A stretch of 64,000 bases of DNA, from positions 32,001-96,000 of the forward strand of contig JBEIPA010000005.1 of the NCBI GenBank assembly GCA_040377305.1, given 5' to 3'. Under the pieces are notes generated by a model. That model had not been told where the DNA came from. It ran no database searches and saw only the letters and a program-made list of their open reading frames with translations. The position numbers and the translations under genes are program-made. Positions 31,732-41,258 of this stretch are shown piece by piece; the stretch's first letter is position 1; every line of letters starts with the position of its first letter. The DNA is from Flavobacteriales bacterium (lineage in GTDB: Bacteria; Bacteroidota; Bacteroidia; Palsa-965).

Positions 31732-32841
31732 CTATTTGATATCCCGAATTTTCCAGGAACCGGCAACATGATCCAGTACGAATTCTTCTTTTGGTTTAAA
31801 ACCCATCAACCGCACATGTTGGCGCAGTTTGTGATTGAGCGAAGAATAGTGAAATGTGTAATACACAATGCGTACGTTATTACGATAGCTGACGTACATG
31901 TGAACAGCGGAGTCTCCATCATTCATGAACACCGTGTCTATTTTAAAAATTACCGCAGTAATATCGCAGAACGCCAACACCTGCTTAAAAGAGCTGTCTG
32001 TTTGTTCGCGCCCTAGACGCCATGTACACGAGGAATCAAGACCGTATGCTCCATGAGGAGAAAGTGCAAGGCTTATCCCGATGTTATTTTCAATGTTGTT
32101 TCGTCCTGAGATATTCTCATATCCATTTGAAAAAATGAAATCGTTTCTTGATTGATAGCTGATGCGCTCGTACTGGTTGTAAATTTTACGGACCGAGTCA
32201 AGCTCAATCTGAGCTCCATCTGTTTCCGCCTGATTTTTCAGCAGTTCATTTTTCAGATCTTGTTCAAACAATTCAATACGGTATTTAACCAACGCCTCCT
32301 GCTCCTCAACAGAAGGCAGGTGTACAGCATCACTGAAAGTAAATTGCGGAATGATTGCAATTGCTCCCAGAGCAAAGAGTACAAGGGCAACAATACATTT
32401 CAGGAAAATCCTGCGCCACTTCTCTTTATAGGCAGCTTTAATTTCAGCATGAAGGCTTTTGACAATGAATGGGACTCCCTTGTCAGTTGTGACCGCATAC
32501 CGATCGATCAGCTCCGGAAAATTTCTCGCAACTTGGCTCGCAACAATGCGATGCCATACAGGGAACGCTAGTTTTCTTCCAGTCTCTTTTTCACGCTGCA
32601 GAATGTAGTTGCGTTCAATGATCGGCCATTTGCGGACATAGTCGGGACTGAGTACCAGCACATAAAATTCCGACTTCTCAAGGCCTTCGTGAACTACTTC
32701 CTCCACCGACTTTCCAATAGTCAATTTATCACCTACAAAATAGACATTCAGACCTTTAGCTGTTAGACCATTCGCAATTCCCACTGCAATATCGGCCTTG
32801 TCTTCAATTGCGTAGGACATGAAAACGTCGTAAGGTCTCAT
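31732..32841 (-). CDS. TIR domain - TM helix - extracytoplasmic domain protein
   Basis: YDVFMSYA.EDK, VLSPDY..KWPIIE, PVWH; TM IFLKCIVALVLFALGAIAII; ~200-aa C-terminal domain. Confidence 0.85.
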   Translation of the reverse strand: MRPYDVFMSYAIEDKADIAVGIANGLTAKGLNVYFVGDKLTIGKSVEEVVHEGLEKSEFYVLVLSPDYVRKWPIIERNYILQREKETGRKLAFPVWHRIVASQVARNFPELIDRYAVTTDKGVPFIVKSLHAEIKAAYKEKWRRIFLKCIVALVLFALGAIAIIPQFTFSDAVHLPSVEEQEALVKYRIELFEQDLKNELLKNQAETDGAQIELDSVRKIYNQYERISYQSRNDFIFSNGYENISGRNNIENNIGISLALSPHGAYGLDSSCTWRLGREQTDSSFKQVLAFCDITAVIFKIDTVFMNDGDSAVHMYVSYRNNVRIVYYTFHYSSLNHKLRQHVRLMGFKPKEEFVLDHVAGSWKIRDIK

Positions 32842-32879
32842 GAATGGAATTTGATAACAATCCGAAATTGAATACCTGA

Positions 32880-33371
32880 TTACTCCTTCAGATCAAATCG
32901 CTTACTCACGTCTTCATAATTATTCCAGTCAAGATCCGGATTAGCAGCCTTCGCCGAAGAAGGTACTACCACCACTTTGCACTTGACGTTCACACCGTAG
33001 TAGGTATTAGGATCGCTACCCGATGAAGGGCCATCATACAACCAGCTAACCTCAACGTTTCCCGGCGTGTATCGAAATCCCATGTAGTAGTTATGAAGTG
33101 TTCCGTAAACAGTATATGGTACAGATGTCCATACATTAGACTGTGTGCTGTAATAAACCATAACACCCGCCGATTCCAGATTGCTCGCCGTGATTTCAGG
33201 AACGGAAAGATTAATATAGTGATGTGGCGTGGACCAATACCAGGATGTAACCGTAAACGTGTGCGATTTCACCTGCGTCGCGGGATCGACCTGAGCGTCT
33301 TCGCAATTGGTCAAAAAAAGACTGATCATGAAGAACAGCAGAGTAAAGGATGTAGTGTAGACTTTTTTCAT
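32880..33371 (-). CDS. Lipoprotein (paralog of 40140..40658)
   Basis: Lipobox LTNC from ATG 33371; C-terminal VVP....ANPDLDWNNYE.VSK. Confidence 0.7.
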   Translation of the reverse strand: MKKVYTTSFTLLFFMISLFLTNCEDAQVDPATQVKSHTFTVTSWYWSTPHHYINLSVPEITASNLESAGVMVYYSTQSNVWTSVPYTVYGTLHNYYMGFRYTPGNVEVSWLYDGPSSGSDPNTYYGVNVKCKVVVVPSSAKAANPDLDWNNYEDVSKRFDLKE

Positions 33372-33381
33372 TTTACTTAGT

Positions 33382-33999
33382 TTAATTATTGGGTGATAAG
33401 GGATGTGTATTTCGTATTGCCGGATCTCTTGGCGCTTCTTCAATCAGTGCAAAGTATCCAAACACAAGAAGGAGCAGCGCGACCACCATAAACAACAGAA
33501 TTTTACCGGTTGATGAGTTCGGCATTTTACGTTGTTCTATTTCCCTTCCTCCTTCCGTCACTTTATTTTTTTCACCTTCTTCGCTTTTTCTTTTATGAAT
33601 TGCTTTCTGCAAATGATCCGCTACCGCATCCAATCCCGTATCAGTAGAAGGAGCATAATGATCAATAAGTTCAGGAAAGTGAAGAGCGACATCGTCGTAT
33701 GAAATATTGTTCCAGACAGGGAATACCAACTTCTTACCTTCTTTCTTCTGACGGTGCAGAATATAATTGCGCTCTATTGCTGGCCACTTGCGCCGGTAGT
33801 TATGACTGACAATCAACACGCAGAAATGAGATTGATCCAGACCATTATTAACAGTATCCGAAATCAAATCACCCGAGGAAAGTTTGTCTCCAACGAAATA
33901 CACATTCAAGCCCGATTTTTTTAACCGCTCTGCTATTCCTGCAGCCGTCGGAAACTTGTCTTCAATTGCGTAAGAGATGAATACATCGTATTTTTTCAT
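33382..33999 (-). CDS. TIR domain protein with C-terminal TM anchor
   Basis: YDVFISYAIEDK, KWPAIERNYIL, PVWN; TM ILLFMVVALLLLVFGYFAL. Confidence 0.85.
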   Translation of the reverse strand: MKKYDVFISYAIEDKFPTAAGIAERLKKSGLNVYFVGDKLSSGDLISDTVNNGLDQSHFCVLIVSHNYRRKWPAIERNYILHRQKKEGKKLVFPVWNNISYDDVALHFPELIDHYAPSTDTGLDAVADHLQKAIHKRKSEEGEKNKVTEGGREIEQRKMPNSSTGKILLFMVVALLLLVFGYFALIEEAPRDPAIRNTHPLSPNN

Positions 34000-34034
34000 A
34001 GCGAACTTTTAACCAAATGAGTGTCTTGATTTTA

Positions 34035-34565
34035 TCATGCTTCAGCATTACCGCCCAGAACAATTACACCCACACTTTGTGCGTCCTGACCTTCTTCCTG
34101 ATCACGATTAGGTGTGTGCTTATCCATTCGCGCTGGCACAGTTCCATCTGACTCTTTTGCAACCAGATCCAAAACTTTAGCAAGTACAGGATTCAAGCCT
34201 CTTCGTGACGATATCGCATCGCGATCTGATATTGCAGATTTATTTTGCTTCAGCATTTTCAGCGTCACATTGCAAAGCACAAGCAGAATCCTGTTATCAA
34301 TTTTCTTTTTGGACAGTAAAGTTCCCAGTTCTTTTGTCGCCCATTTTTTTGAGATGAACATAGGGCTGATTATCACTATGCCATATCGCGACAGTTTCAA
34401 TGCATTGGTGATAGAGGTTGTAACGGAAGTTTTTTTCTTCAATTCAGCATTCAGGTACCACACACGAAGTCCGCTCTTTTTCAGAGCCAGCACCAGCTCC
34501 TGAACAAATGCGCTATGATCTTCATAGGTGTGAGTAATGAAAACATCATAAAATTGTTGGCGCAT
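34035..34565 (-). CDS. Soluble TIR domain protein
   Basis: YDVFITHTYED, GLRVWY, IISPMFISKKWATKEL. Confidence 0.85.
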   Translation of the reverse strand: MRQQFYDVFITHTYEDHSAFVQELVLALKKSGLRVWYLNAELKKKTSVTTSITNALKLSRYGIVIISPMFISKKWATKELGTLLSKKKIDNRILLVLCNVTLKMLKQNKSAISDRDAISSRRGLNPVLAKVLDLVAKESDGTVPARMDKHTPNRDQEEGQDAQSVGVIVLGGNAEA

Positions 34566-34621
34566 GAATGTTATCGGTCTTAGGATATTTTATCGATTTA
34601 CCGATAATGAGCAATACATTT

Positions 34622-35182
34622 TTAGATCTTCCCAAGGCGTTTTAGTTCCCAAAAACATTTTGCTGTTGCTGCAATATCTGCAGCAGCGTTGTGTGCCTGC
34701 GGAAAATCTTTTCCAAAAAGTTTGTAATGCAGTTCGGAAAGCTTTGGCCATTTATTTCCAGGAAGCGCACAAAACGAAGTCGTGCTGTGCATCGTGCAAA
34801 TTTTACTTTTTTCTGCTACCGCGTTTGGAATCTTATTTCGGATAAATTCAGCGCCAACAATTTTTTCATCGAAACTCATATTATGAGCAACGAGATACTC
34901 CGCCTCATGGATCAACGACTGAAATTGCTTGAGGACGCTCAAAAGGACTTTTCCTTCTTTCAGCGCCTTCTCGGTTGAGATTCCGTGAATCCTGGAAGCC
35001 GCCAGGGGAATTGAAAAACCATCAGGTTTTATAATATAATCACCCCCTGATATTTTGTTTCCTTGCTTGTCATAAGCCAAATAAGCTAACTGCACCATTC
35101 GTGGCCAGTTATCCACATCGGTTACAGGTGCTTTCCAGCTGGCAGGTAGTCCAGTTGTTTCTGTGTCAAAAAATAAATACAT
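34622..35182 (-). CDS. DEDDh 3'-5' exonuclease (DnaQ-like)
   Basis: FDTETTG, AHNMSFD, AHNAAADI. Confidence 0.9.
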   Translation of the reverse strand: MYLFFDTETTGLPASWKAPVTDVDNWPRMVQLAYLAYDKQGNKISGGDYIIKPDGFSIPLAASRIHGISTEKALKEGKVLLSVLKQFQSLIHEAEYLVAHNMSFDEKIVGAEFIRNKIPNAVAEKSKICTMHSTTSFCALPGNKWPKLSELHYKLFGKDFPQAHNAAADIAATAKCFWELKRLGKI

Positions 35183-35227
35183 AACGCTTCTTCGCCTTTG
35201 ATTACGTGACGAAATAAGCTAACGCGC

Positions 35228-35296
35228 TTTCCGGACGAAAAACAAGTTTCCGAAACGCCCAATAAGATTTCTGAATCCTGTGTTTTTCTTTCCCGA
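35228..35296 (-). promoter_or_regulatory. Direct repeats (TCRGAAA-like, 19-21 bp period) upstream of the exonuclease-TIR operon; candidate LytTR sites
   Basis: tttccgg 35228, tttccga 35247, tttctga 35268, tttcccg 35289. Confidence 0.45.
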
Positions 35297-35301
35297 TCAA
35301 A

Positions 35302-36048
35302 TCAGATCATGGAAAATCTCCGATGTACTTCGTCCCGATAACTATCACTGGTAGGAACCTCTGCTTTTCCTATTAAAAGCATATTCCCTTTGATTGCAGT
35401 TACTTTGTCAATATTGACTGCGAACGAACGGTGCACGCGCATAAGAAGCGGGTGGTCGAATTTTTCCTGAAAAGCCTTCAGACTGTACGTTAAAGTAAAC
35501 TTCCGACTCATCGTGTGAATGTGGCAATATGATCCGCCCGCTTCAATCCAAAGAATATCATCCAGATTAATCCGGTAAAAAGTATCATCATCCTTTACAA
35601 GGATGCGATCCTTGAATGGAAAAATGGTTTCTGTAGTTTTCTCATTCTTTACCGGAAGAGCAATTTTCTTACTGCTCGCGTTATAAAACGCAATCTCAAT
35701 TGCTATCAGTAAATCCTGCGCTTTGAATGGCTTCAGCAAAAACGCTGCGGGATGCGTGTGCTTGGCACGCTCAATAGTCTTCTCATCGTGAAGGTCTGTG
35801 AGATAGATAATGGGAATAGAATAATTTGCGTTGATCCGTTCTGAGGTCTGTATCCCATCCATTTCTCCGGAAAGATGAATATCCATCAGGATCACATCCG
35901 GCTGCTTGTTCTTGATTTCTTCAAGCGCCGCCTCACCCGATGTCACTATCTTCTTTACAACATAACCGGCCGTTGTGAGTGTTTCAGCAACCGACTCGGC
36001 TATTATGACTTTATCTTCAACAATTAAAACTGAAACAGGTGCTATCAT
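35302..36048 (-). CDS. LytTR family response regulator
   Basis: REC (VED, ILMDI, LLKPF) plus LytTR (WIEAGGSY, RVHRSFAVN). Confidence 0.93.
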   Translation of the reverse strand: MIAPVSVLIVEDKVIIAESVAETLTTAGYVVKKIVTSGEAALEEIKNKQPDVILMDIHLSGEMDGIQTSERINANYSIPIIYLTDLHDEKTIERAKHTHPAAFLLKPFKAQDLLIAIEIAFYNASSKKIALPVKNEKTTETIFPFKDRILVKDDDTFYRINLDDILWIEAGGSYCHIHTMSRKFTLTYSLKAFQEKFDHPLLMRVHRSFAVNIDKVTAIKGNMLLIGKAEVPTSDSYRDEVHRRFSMI

Positions 36049-38300
36049 TTTACCTCTGGTATTTCCAATGTTACAATTGTGCCGCGCTCATCCGAATGCG
36101 TGAGTAATGTTGCTTTGAGCTCGCGCGAAAATAGCTGAATCAATCGCAACCCGAATGATCTGTTAAGCTCTGCTTTATTACCCGCAGGAATTCCGGTTCC
36201 GTTATCGGAGAAACGAAGCAGCTTGCCGGTGAACTCAATATGAAGTGTTGCATCGTCATTCTTCTTCAGAACATGCTTGAACCAGTTACTGATGACTTCA
36301 TTGCAAACGAAACCAAGACTCAGCGCTTTATCTGCATCCAACTCAATAGATGCAACGTCTTTGCTGATGTTCAGTTCTGCCGCGGCATAACCGTAAGACT
36401 GACAGAGATTATCAATCAATGCCTCAATGTAAGTACGCATGTTGACCTGCGATCCGACATGGTCGCCATAAAGTCCCTGATGAATCAACAACATCGCCGT
36501 TAATCGCTGATCAATCTCCTGCATAAGTTCTGCCATTGCCGGATCCTGGATACGCGATTGCTGAAGTTCCAGCAGGCTGGAAAGCACCTGCAGATTATTT
36601 TTAATACGGTGATGCAACTCACTCATCATCGTTTGCTTCTGCTCTATGATGGTTTGCTTTTGTTCAATAATCACCTTGCTTTGACGGAGTGCAAGACGAC
36701 GTGAACGGATAGCAACAAACAACAATGCTACTACCACAAGAAGCAATGCGGCTCCAACTACGAGCGAGTAAATCAATGTATGCTGCCGCTCAACAGTTGC
36801 TTCCTTCACCTTGTCTCGTTCATTCAGTAAAACGATTTCGTGTTCTTTGCTCTCACTGTCATACTTCACTTCCATTTCTGTAATTGCTTTCTGCTTTTCT
36901 TCATTTAATACGGAGTCCTTCATTGATATGAAAAGGTCCATGTACAGCAAAGCGGAATCTGACTGTCCCTCCGTCAGGAAAATATCTGTTGTAATCTTAT
37001 AGTTATCCAACAGATATTTTTTTGCGCCAATCTTTTCTAACCGGCTACGCGCAGCCTTGAGATGTTCCAATGCATCATGGTTCTTGCCCATCGCCTGATA
37101 TAGCCTGCTCAACTTGTTTAACGTAAGAGCAACTAGCTTGGGGTCATCTGCAATCGATTTTAACTCAAGCGCCTTCTTATAATATGCTTCCGCTTTGTCG
37201 AATTCCTTTTTGTGATAATATGCTTCGCCCAATAGGTCAACAGAACTAGCGATGAAGTCTGAATCACCTAATTCATTCTTAATAAGTAGTGAACGATTTA
37301 AATAACTGATAGCGGTATCGTAGTCTCCCAACAGAATATAAGCCTGCCCAAGATTCGTAAGGGATCCGGCAATCCCTCTTTTATTCCCAATTGAATCACG
37401 AAGATGCAATGAGCGTGTATGATATTCTATTGCCCTTCGCGGCTCCTCTACCTCACAATACAAATTGCCAATGCTATTATAACAGGACGCAAGTTCTTTT
37501 GCATATTGAATCTGCTCGAAAAATGGAGCAGCAAGTAACAGATGATGTAACGCACTATCGTAGGAACCTTGTTCCCGGAATACTATTCCAAGATTAAGAT
37601 TAAAGATTGCGAGATTTGTATCATCGTCAAGTCGCTCGGCAATTACAAGTGCTTTCTGATACGAATGGATACTGCGGAGATAGTCTTCGTTATCAGAATA
37701 AACCATCGCTATGTTGCTATAGCAAGCCGCCATCGCAGAGGAGTCATGAAGAGCTGTGTCGTACTTAATTTCCTCATTCAAGTATTTCAAAGCGTTTGCA
37801 GAATCGCGCTCGATCAGGTAGTAAATACCCAACTCCTGCAGAGCAAAAGCAATGTCCTTGTCGCTTCTGGCGTTTGTGCCGATCAGTAACGCTTCTTTCA
37901 TCGAAGCAACTGCAGAATCAGGTCGCTGTAGTTCGAGGTAACACTTTCCCGTTTTTATCAAGGCCCTTACCTGCTCATGAACAAGATTAGCTTTCTCCGC
38001 CTGATTAGCCGCATGAATGTAATAATAGAGCGCTGAATCAAAATTTGCTTGCGTGCTATAATAAACTCCCAATGCATTCAGCGCTCTGATCCTGTTATTG
38101 ACATCGCCTGATTCAGATGACACCGCTCTTACTTCCTGCACCCACGCTGCAGTGTCAGTTGTGCTATCCAGCACGGGCAGGATCGACTCTGCGGTTTGAT
38201 TGTTGCACGAAAAATAATTCAGGCTAACCAGCAGAAGGAATACAAAACCTCCAGCCGATTTCGCAATCGGAATGCATCTGGTTCGCAGATAGGCAGACAT
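36045..38300 (-). CDS. TPR-repeat sensor histidine kinase (HisKA_2 type)
   Basis: N-terminal signal/TM, many TPRs, TM, ELHHRIKNNLQ, NE.ISN, DNGTG, FGL.LI. Confidence 0.92.
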   Translation of the reverse strand: MSAYLRTRCIPIAKSAGGFVFLLLVSLNYFSCNNQTAESILPVLDSTTDTAAWVQEVRAVSSESGDVNNRIRALNALGVYYSTQANFDSALYYYIHAANQAEKANLVHEQVRALIKTGKCYLELQRPDSAVASMKEALLIGTNARSDKDIAFALQELGIYYLIERDSANALKYLNEEIKYDTALHDSSAMAACYSNIAMVYSDNEDYLRSIHSYQKALVIAERLDDDTNLAIFNLNLGIVFREQGSYDSALHHLLLAAPFFEQIQYAKELASCYNSIGNLYCEVEEPRRAIEYHTRSLHLRDSIGNKRGIAGSLTNLGQAYILLGDYDTAISYLNRSLLIKNELGDSDFIASSVDLLGEAYYHKKEFDKAEAYYKKALELKSIADDPKLVALTLNKLSRLYQAMGKNHDALEHLKAARSRLEKIGAKKYLLDNYKITTDIFLTEGQSDSALLYMDLFISMKDSVLNEEKQKAITEMEVKYDSESKEHEIVLLNERDKVKEATVERQHTLIYSLVVGAALLLVVVALLFVAIRSRRLALRQSKVIIEQKQTIIEQKQTMMSELHHRIKNNLQVLSSLLELQQSRIQDPAMAELMQEIDQRLTAMLLIHQGLYGDHVGSQVNMRTYIEALIDNLCQSYGYAAAELNISKDVASIELDADKALSLGFVCNEVISNWFKHVLKKNDDATLHIEFTGKLLRFSDNGTGIPAGNKAELNRSFGLRLIQLFSRELKATLLTHSDERGTIVTLEIPEVK

Positions 38301-38379
38301 ACAATAAGCTTTGAGAAAACTGATTTACACACTTCTAAGGTAGATTAAATAATCATGACAATTTCCGCAATCTTTCATG

Positions 38380-38415
38380 AAAAAAACGGGACTTTGCATA
38401 CAGCGAAGTCCCGTT
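38380..38415 (-). terminator. Rho-independent terminator after 38431..38817
   Basis: AACGGGACTT/AAGTCCCGTT stem followed by a U-run on the minus strand. Confidence 0.65.
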
Positions 38416-38430
38416 GAATTCTACATCACA

Positions 38431-38817
38431 CTAGGGTGCAATCAGCGTGTCGATACGCACGACTTCAGAAGAAAACGTAAGGTTCACGTTTTTCGGAAGA
38501 TAGCCCGTTCTTGTGAAGTTCAGTACGTAAGTACCGGATTCAAAACCACCCATGCAATACTCGCCTGATGAATTTGTAGTCGTCTGATTCTGCACAACTC
38601 CACCTTGCAGCAGCTTCACCGTAACATTATTGATCGGTGTTCCGGTTACAGTTAATGCATGACCTCTCACAATGATTGGTTCTTCATCGCAATCCGGTGA
38701 AATCACACCGGTGAAACAGGTTGCACTCTTTGAACACTTTTCAGAAATAGAAGTGGTCGGGTGAAATGTTCCGAAAAGGAATACAATCACGCTTACGACC
38801 TTAATGATATTTGTCAT
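38431..38817 (-). CDS. Small secreted carboxypeptidase-regulatory-like (beta-sandwich) protein
   Basis: Signal peptide; G.PI..V.V.L....TTTNSSGEY....G.Y.L.F...GY. Confidence 0.7.
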   Translation of the reverse strand: MTNIIKVVSVIVFLFGTFHPTTSISEKCSKSATCFTGVISPDCDEEPIIVRGHALTVTGTPINNVTVKLLQGGVVQNQTTTNSSGEYCMGGFESGTYVLNFTRTGYLPKNVNLTFSSEVVRIDTLIAP

Positions 38818-39300
38818 GTTGATTTAGTATTAAGGTTTGACATACCCGGTTGGCCCGTGCGCACCATGCACACTGTCGGTTCCGGATTTTAAGCGGGACA
38901 TTTCTCCGTTCCTGTTGCGCAGACCAGCGATCAGCTTTATCGCTTTTTGCCTATCCCTGAGCAAAGAGTCTTTGCAACAGGAGCGGAGTGTATTTATCAG
39001 TTCAGTATCATGAAACCGGAACTTCGATTTATCCTTTCGGATCGGGTAGTCGCCCGTGCGATTCAGTTCACTTTATCATTTCAACTGCACTGATGTTGTG
39101 ATCAGCAACACGGTAAATTTTTACATAAAGGATAACCGGCCGCGAAACTTTTCCCGGTAACGTCCGGCGATCTTCCGGCGATGAACTAGAATTTCCGGCG
39201 ATGTTGTACTTCCGGCTTTTAGGAAAGAAAAACGAGTGATTCGGAAAATAAATTCGGTTACGGCTTGCCCGAACCATTCATTTGTCGGCGAAATCCGGTT

Positions 39301-40143
39301 ATGAAGTTCAGCAGGGACATATTGAAAAGACTGCTTTCTGAAATTCAGAATGCGATCTATATGGATGTAACCAGTGGAAATGGTGCTGCCGTAAATGCTG
39401 CCTTGGGTGCGAAATACAAAGAATATCGCAAAGTTCCCTATCCGATTACCAATCCGGAATTTGTTTATCGCACCGTCAAGGCAAAACTGAACGATAAGAA
39501 AAGAAAGGGTAAAGAACTTCCATTGCTCACCGGCAACTTTGAAATTTTAGTACATGCTCTGGGTTACAAAGGAATCCCTGACTTCATTAATGGAAAGCAT
39601 CCCGCTGTCAGCACAGATCTGAAGGGTTGTGAAGGTTTCTGGTATAGCTACGTACGTTGCAATTCAGGACAACCTTTTGTGTTGCGCGCTCCAGTGGAGA
39701 TCGTTGTGCGATATCGCGACGTTGAAATGGAATTGAGAGGAAGCCGAAGAACTTTCAAAGGTAAAATGAAGCTCGAAGGTGATTGCATCTTTTGCCTGCT
39801 GGAAAGTGGCGACACAAAAAACCTTCACTTGATATTTAAAACCGGTCTCGAATCAACACCTAATGTCTTACAAGGCGTTTTCTCAGGACTGTCAACTGCC
39901 AATGATCCAATCGCAGGTCGAGAAATATTGATACGTCAACCCGGTATGGATGATTTGAAGAAATTGACAAACGATCGCTTGTCCATTGACAAACTACTCT
40001 CGTCCGGAACAGAAGACGAGAAAATAATTGCACGTTATTTCAGTAACGTCGATGAAAATATTCTTAAAGCCGGGCGCAGCAGCAATTTTGAAATTACAGA
40101 TCTCATTAAACCAGAACAGAAACCTAAAACCAGAAAAAAATGA
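39301..40143 (+). CDS. Hypothetical protein; putative N-terminal helical DNA-binding region and C-terminal beta-rich domain
   Basis: 280 aa from ATG 39301; EILVHALGYKGI.DF helix motif, then GFWYSY...QGVFSG beta-strand pattern. Confidence 0.6.
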   Translation: MKFSRDILKRLLSEIQNAIYMDVTSGNGAAVNAALGAKYKEYRKVPYPITNPEFVYRTVKAKLNDKKRKGKELPLLTGNFEILVHALGYKGIPDFINGKHPAVSTDLKGCEGFWYSYVRCNSGQPFVLRAPVEIVVRYRDVEMELRGSRRTFKGKMKLEGDCIFCLLESGDTKNLHLIFKTGLESTPNVLQGVFSGLSTANDPIAGREILIRQPGMDDLKKLTNDRLSIDKLLSSGTEDEKIIARYFSNVDENILKAGRSSNFEITDLIKPEQKPKTRKK

Positions 40144-40658
40144 AAACAGCTAAAATTTACATCCTGCTTGTCACTATTGTTTCGCTTGTCACTGCCTGCA
40201 AAAAAGAAGGGCCTGCCGGTCCTGCCGGAAAAGATGGAAATGCGAATGTTATTTCATCAAACACGCTTACGCTGAATAATTGGATTACGGTTTACGATGA
40301 TGGCACAGAGTTTACGTACTCTTCGAATCTTACCTGGGGCGAGATCACACAAGAAGTGCGCGATGGTGGATTGCTCATTACATACCTGAAAGACAACACA
40401 ACATCAACGTGGTATGCTATGCCTTATTCATACGCAGGTGACGGTTATGGGTACACATTCAACTACGATTTCAATATCGGTACTGCGAATATCTATTATG
40501 AAGGTTACGACAATTCAGGATCGCCAGGAGCCAATGCGCTGAATGGACTCTTTACAATTCGTTTAGTTGCCGTTCCTCCTGCAATTCGTGAAGCGAATCC
40601 GAATATCGATTGGAACAGCTATGAACAGGTTAGTAAACTGATTACTGCACAGGAGTAA
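40140..40658 (+). CDS. Lipoprotein with short collagen-like linker (paralog of 32880..33371)
   Basis: Lipobox VTAC, GPAGPAGKDGNANV, C-terminal ANPNIDWNSYE.VSK. Confidence 0.75.
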   Translation: MKTAKIYILLVTIVSLVTACKKEGPAGPAGKDGNANVISSNTLTLNNWITVYDDGTEFTYSSNLTWGEITQEVRDGGLLITYLKDNTTSTWYAMPYSYAGDGYGYTFNYDFNIGTANIYYEGYDNSGSPGANALNGLFTIRLVAVPPAIREANPNIDWNSYEQVSKLITAQE

Positions 40659-40715
40659 TATTATTTATATCCAAAATACAATCCAACGCATCAGCCAGTT
40701 CTAATAGCTCAGTTC

Positions 40716-40943
40716 ATGGAATACAAAGCAGTTTCAATCGTCCCCGTTCAAGGTGAAAAAGAAGATGGGCGTCACGTCGCTCAGAATCTGGAAGACCTTC
40801 TGAAAAAGTATCACGCCGAAGGTTGGGAATATGTGAGAGTAGAAAGCCTGCAGGTATGGGTTAATCCCACTGGCGGATGCTTTGGTTTTGGACAAACGCC
40901 GGGTTACTACGCAGCGCGGCAAATGGTGATTTTCAAAAAATGA
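40716..40943 (+). CDS. DUF4177-like small protein
   Basis: MEYK.V...L......EGWEYV...IFKK. Confidence 0.7.
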   Translation: MEYKAVSIVPVQGEKEDGRHVAQNLEDLLKKYHAEGWEYVRVESLQVWVNPTGGCFGFGQTPGYYAARQMVIFKK

Positions 40944-41248
40944 AATTTCTGTTGACGATACCGATCCGGATGTACTGGAAGCTGATTCGTATTTCGCGCA
41001 GGCGACAGTGCATTTTCAAAGTTTCATGTTCGCAGCACGTTCACTCTACAGTAGTGAAAGACGGATTACTCTGCGGGATCAAAGCACTCGTATACAGAAT
41101 GCAAACATGCAGACCGGGTTATGAAATAATCTCACTGAAACAAGAGAACACATTGTTGCTTGTTCTGAAGAACGGAAATGTCCTGCAGGAGAAGGAAATA
41201 TCGGAATCACTTATAAGGCAACAATGTTTCTCCATCGACACGAATTAA
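40940..41248 (+). CDS. YidD-like (haemolytic domain) protein
   Basis: I..YW......R.CIF..SCS.H....G...G......R...C. Confidence 0.7.
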   Translation: MKFLLTIPIRMYWKLIRISRRRQCIFKVSCSQHVHSTVVKDGLLCGIKALVYRMQTCRPGYEIISLKQENTLLLVLKNGNVLQEKEISESLIRQQCFSIDTN

Positions 41249-41258
41249 ACTGTATCCA

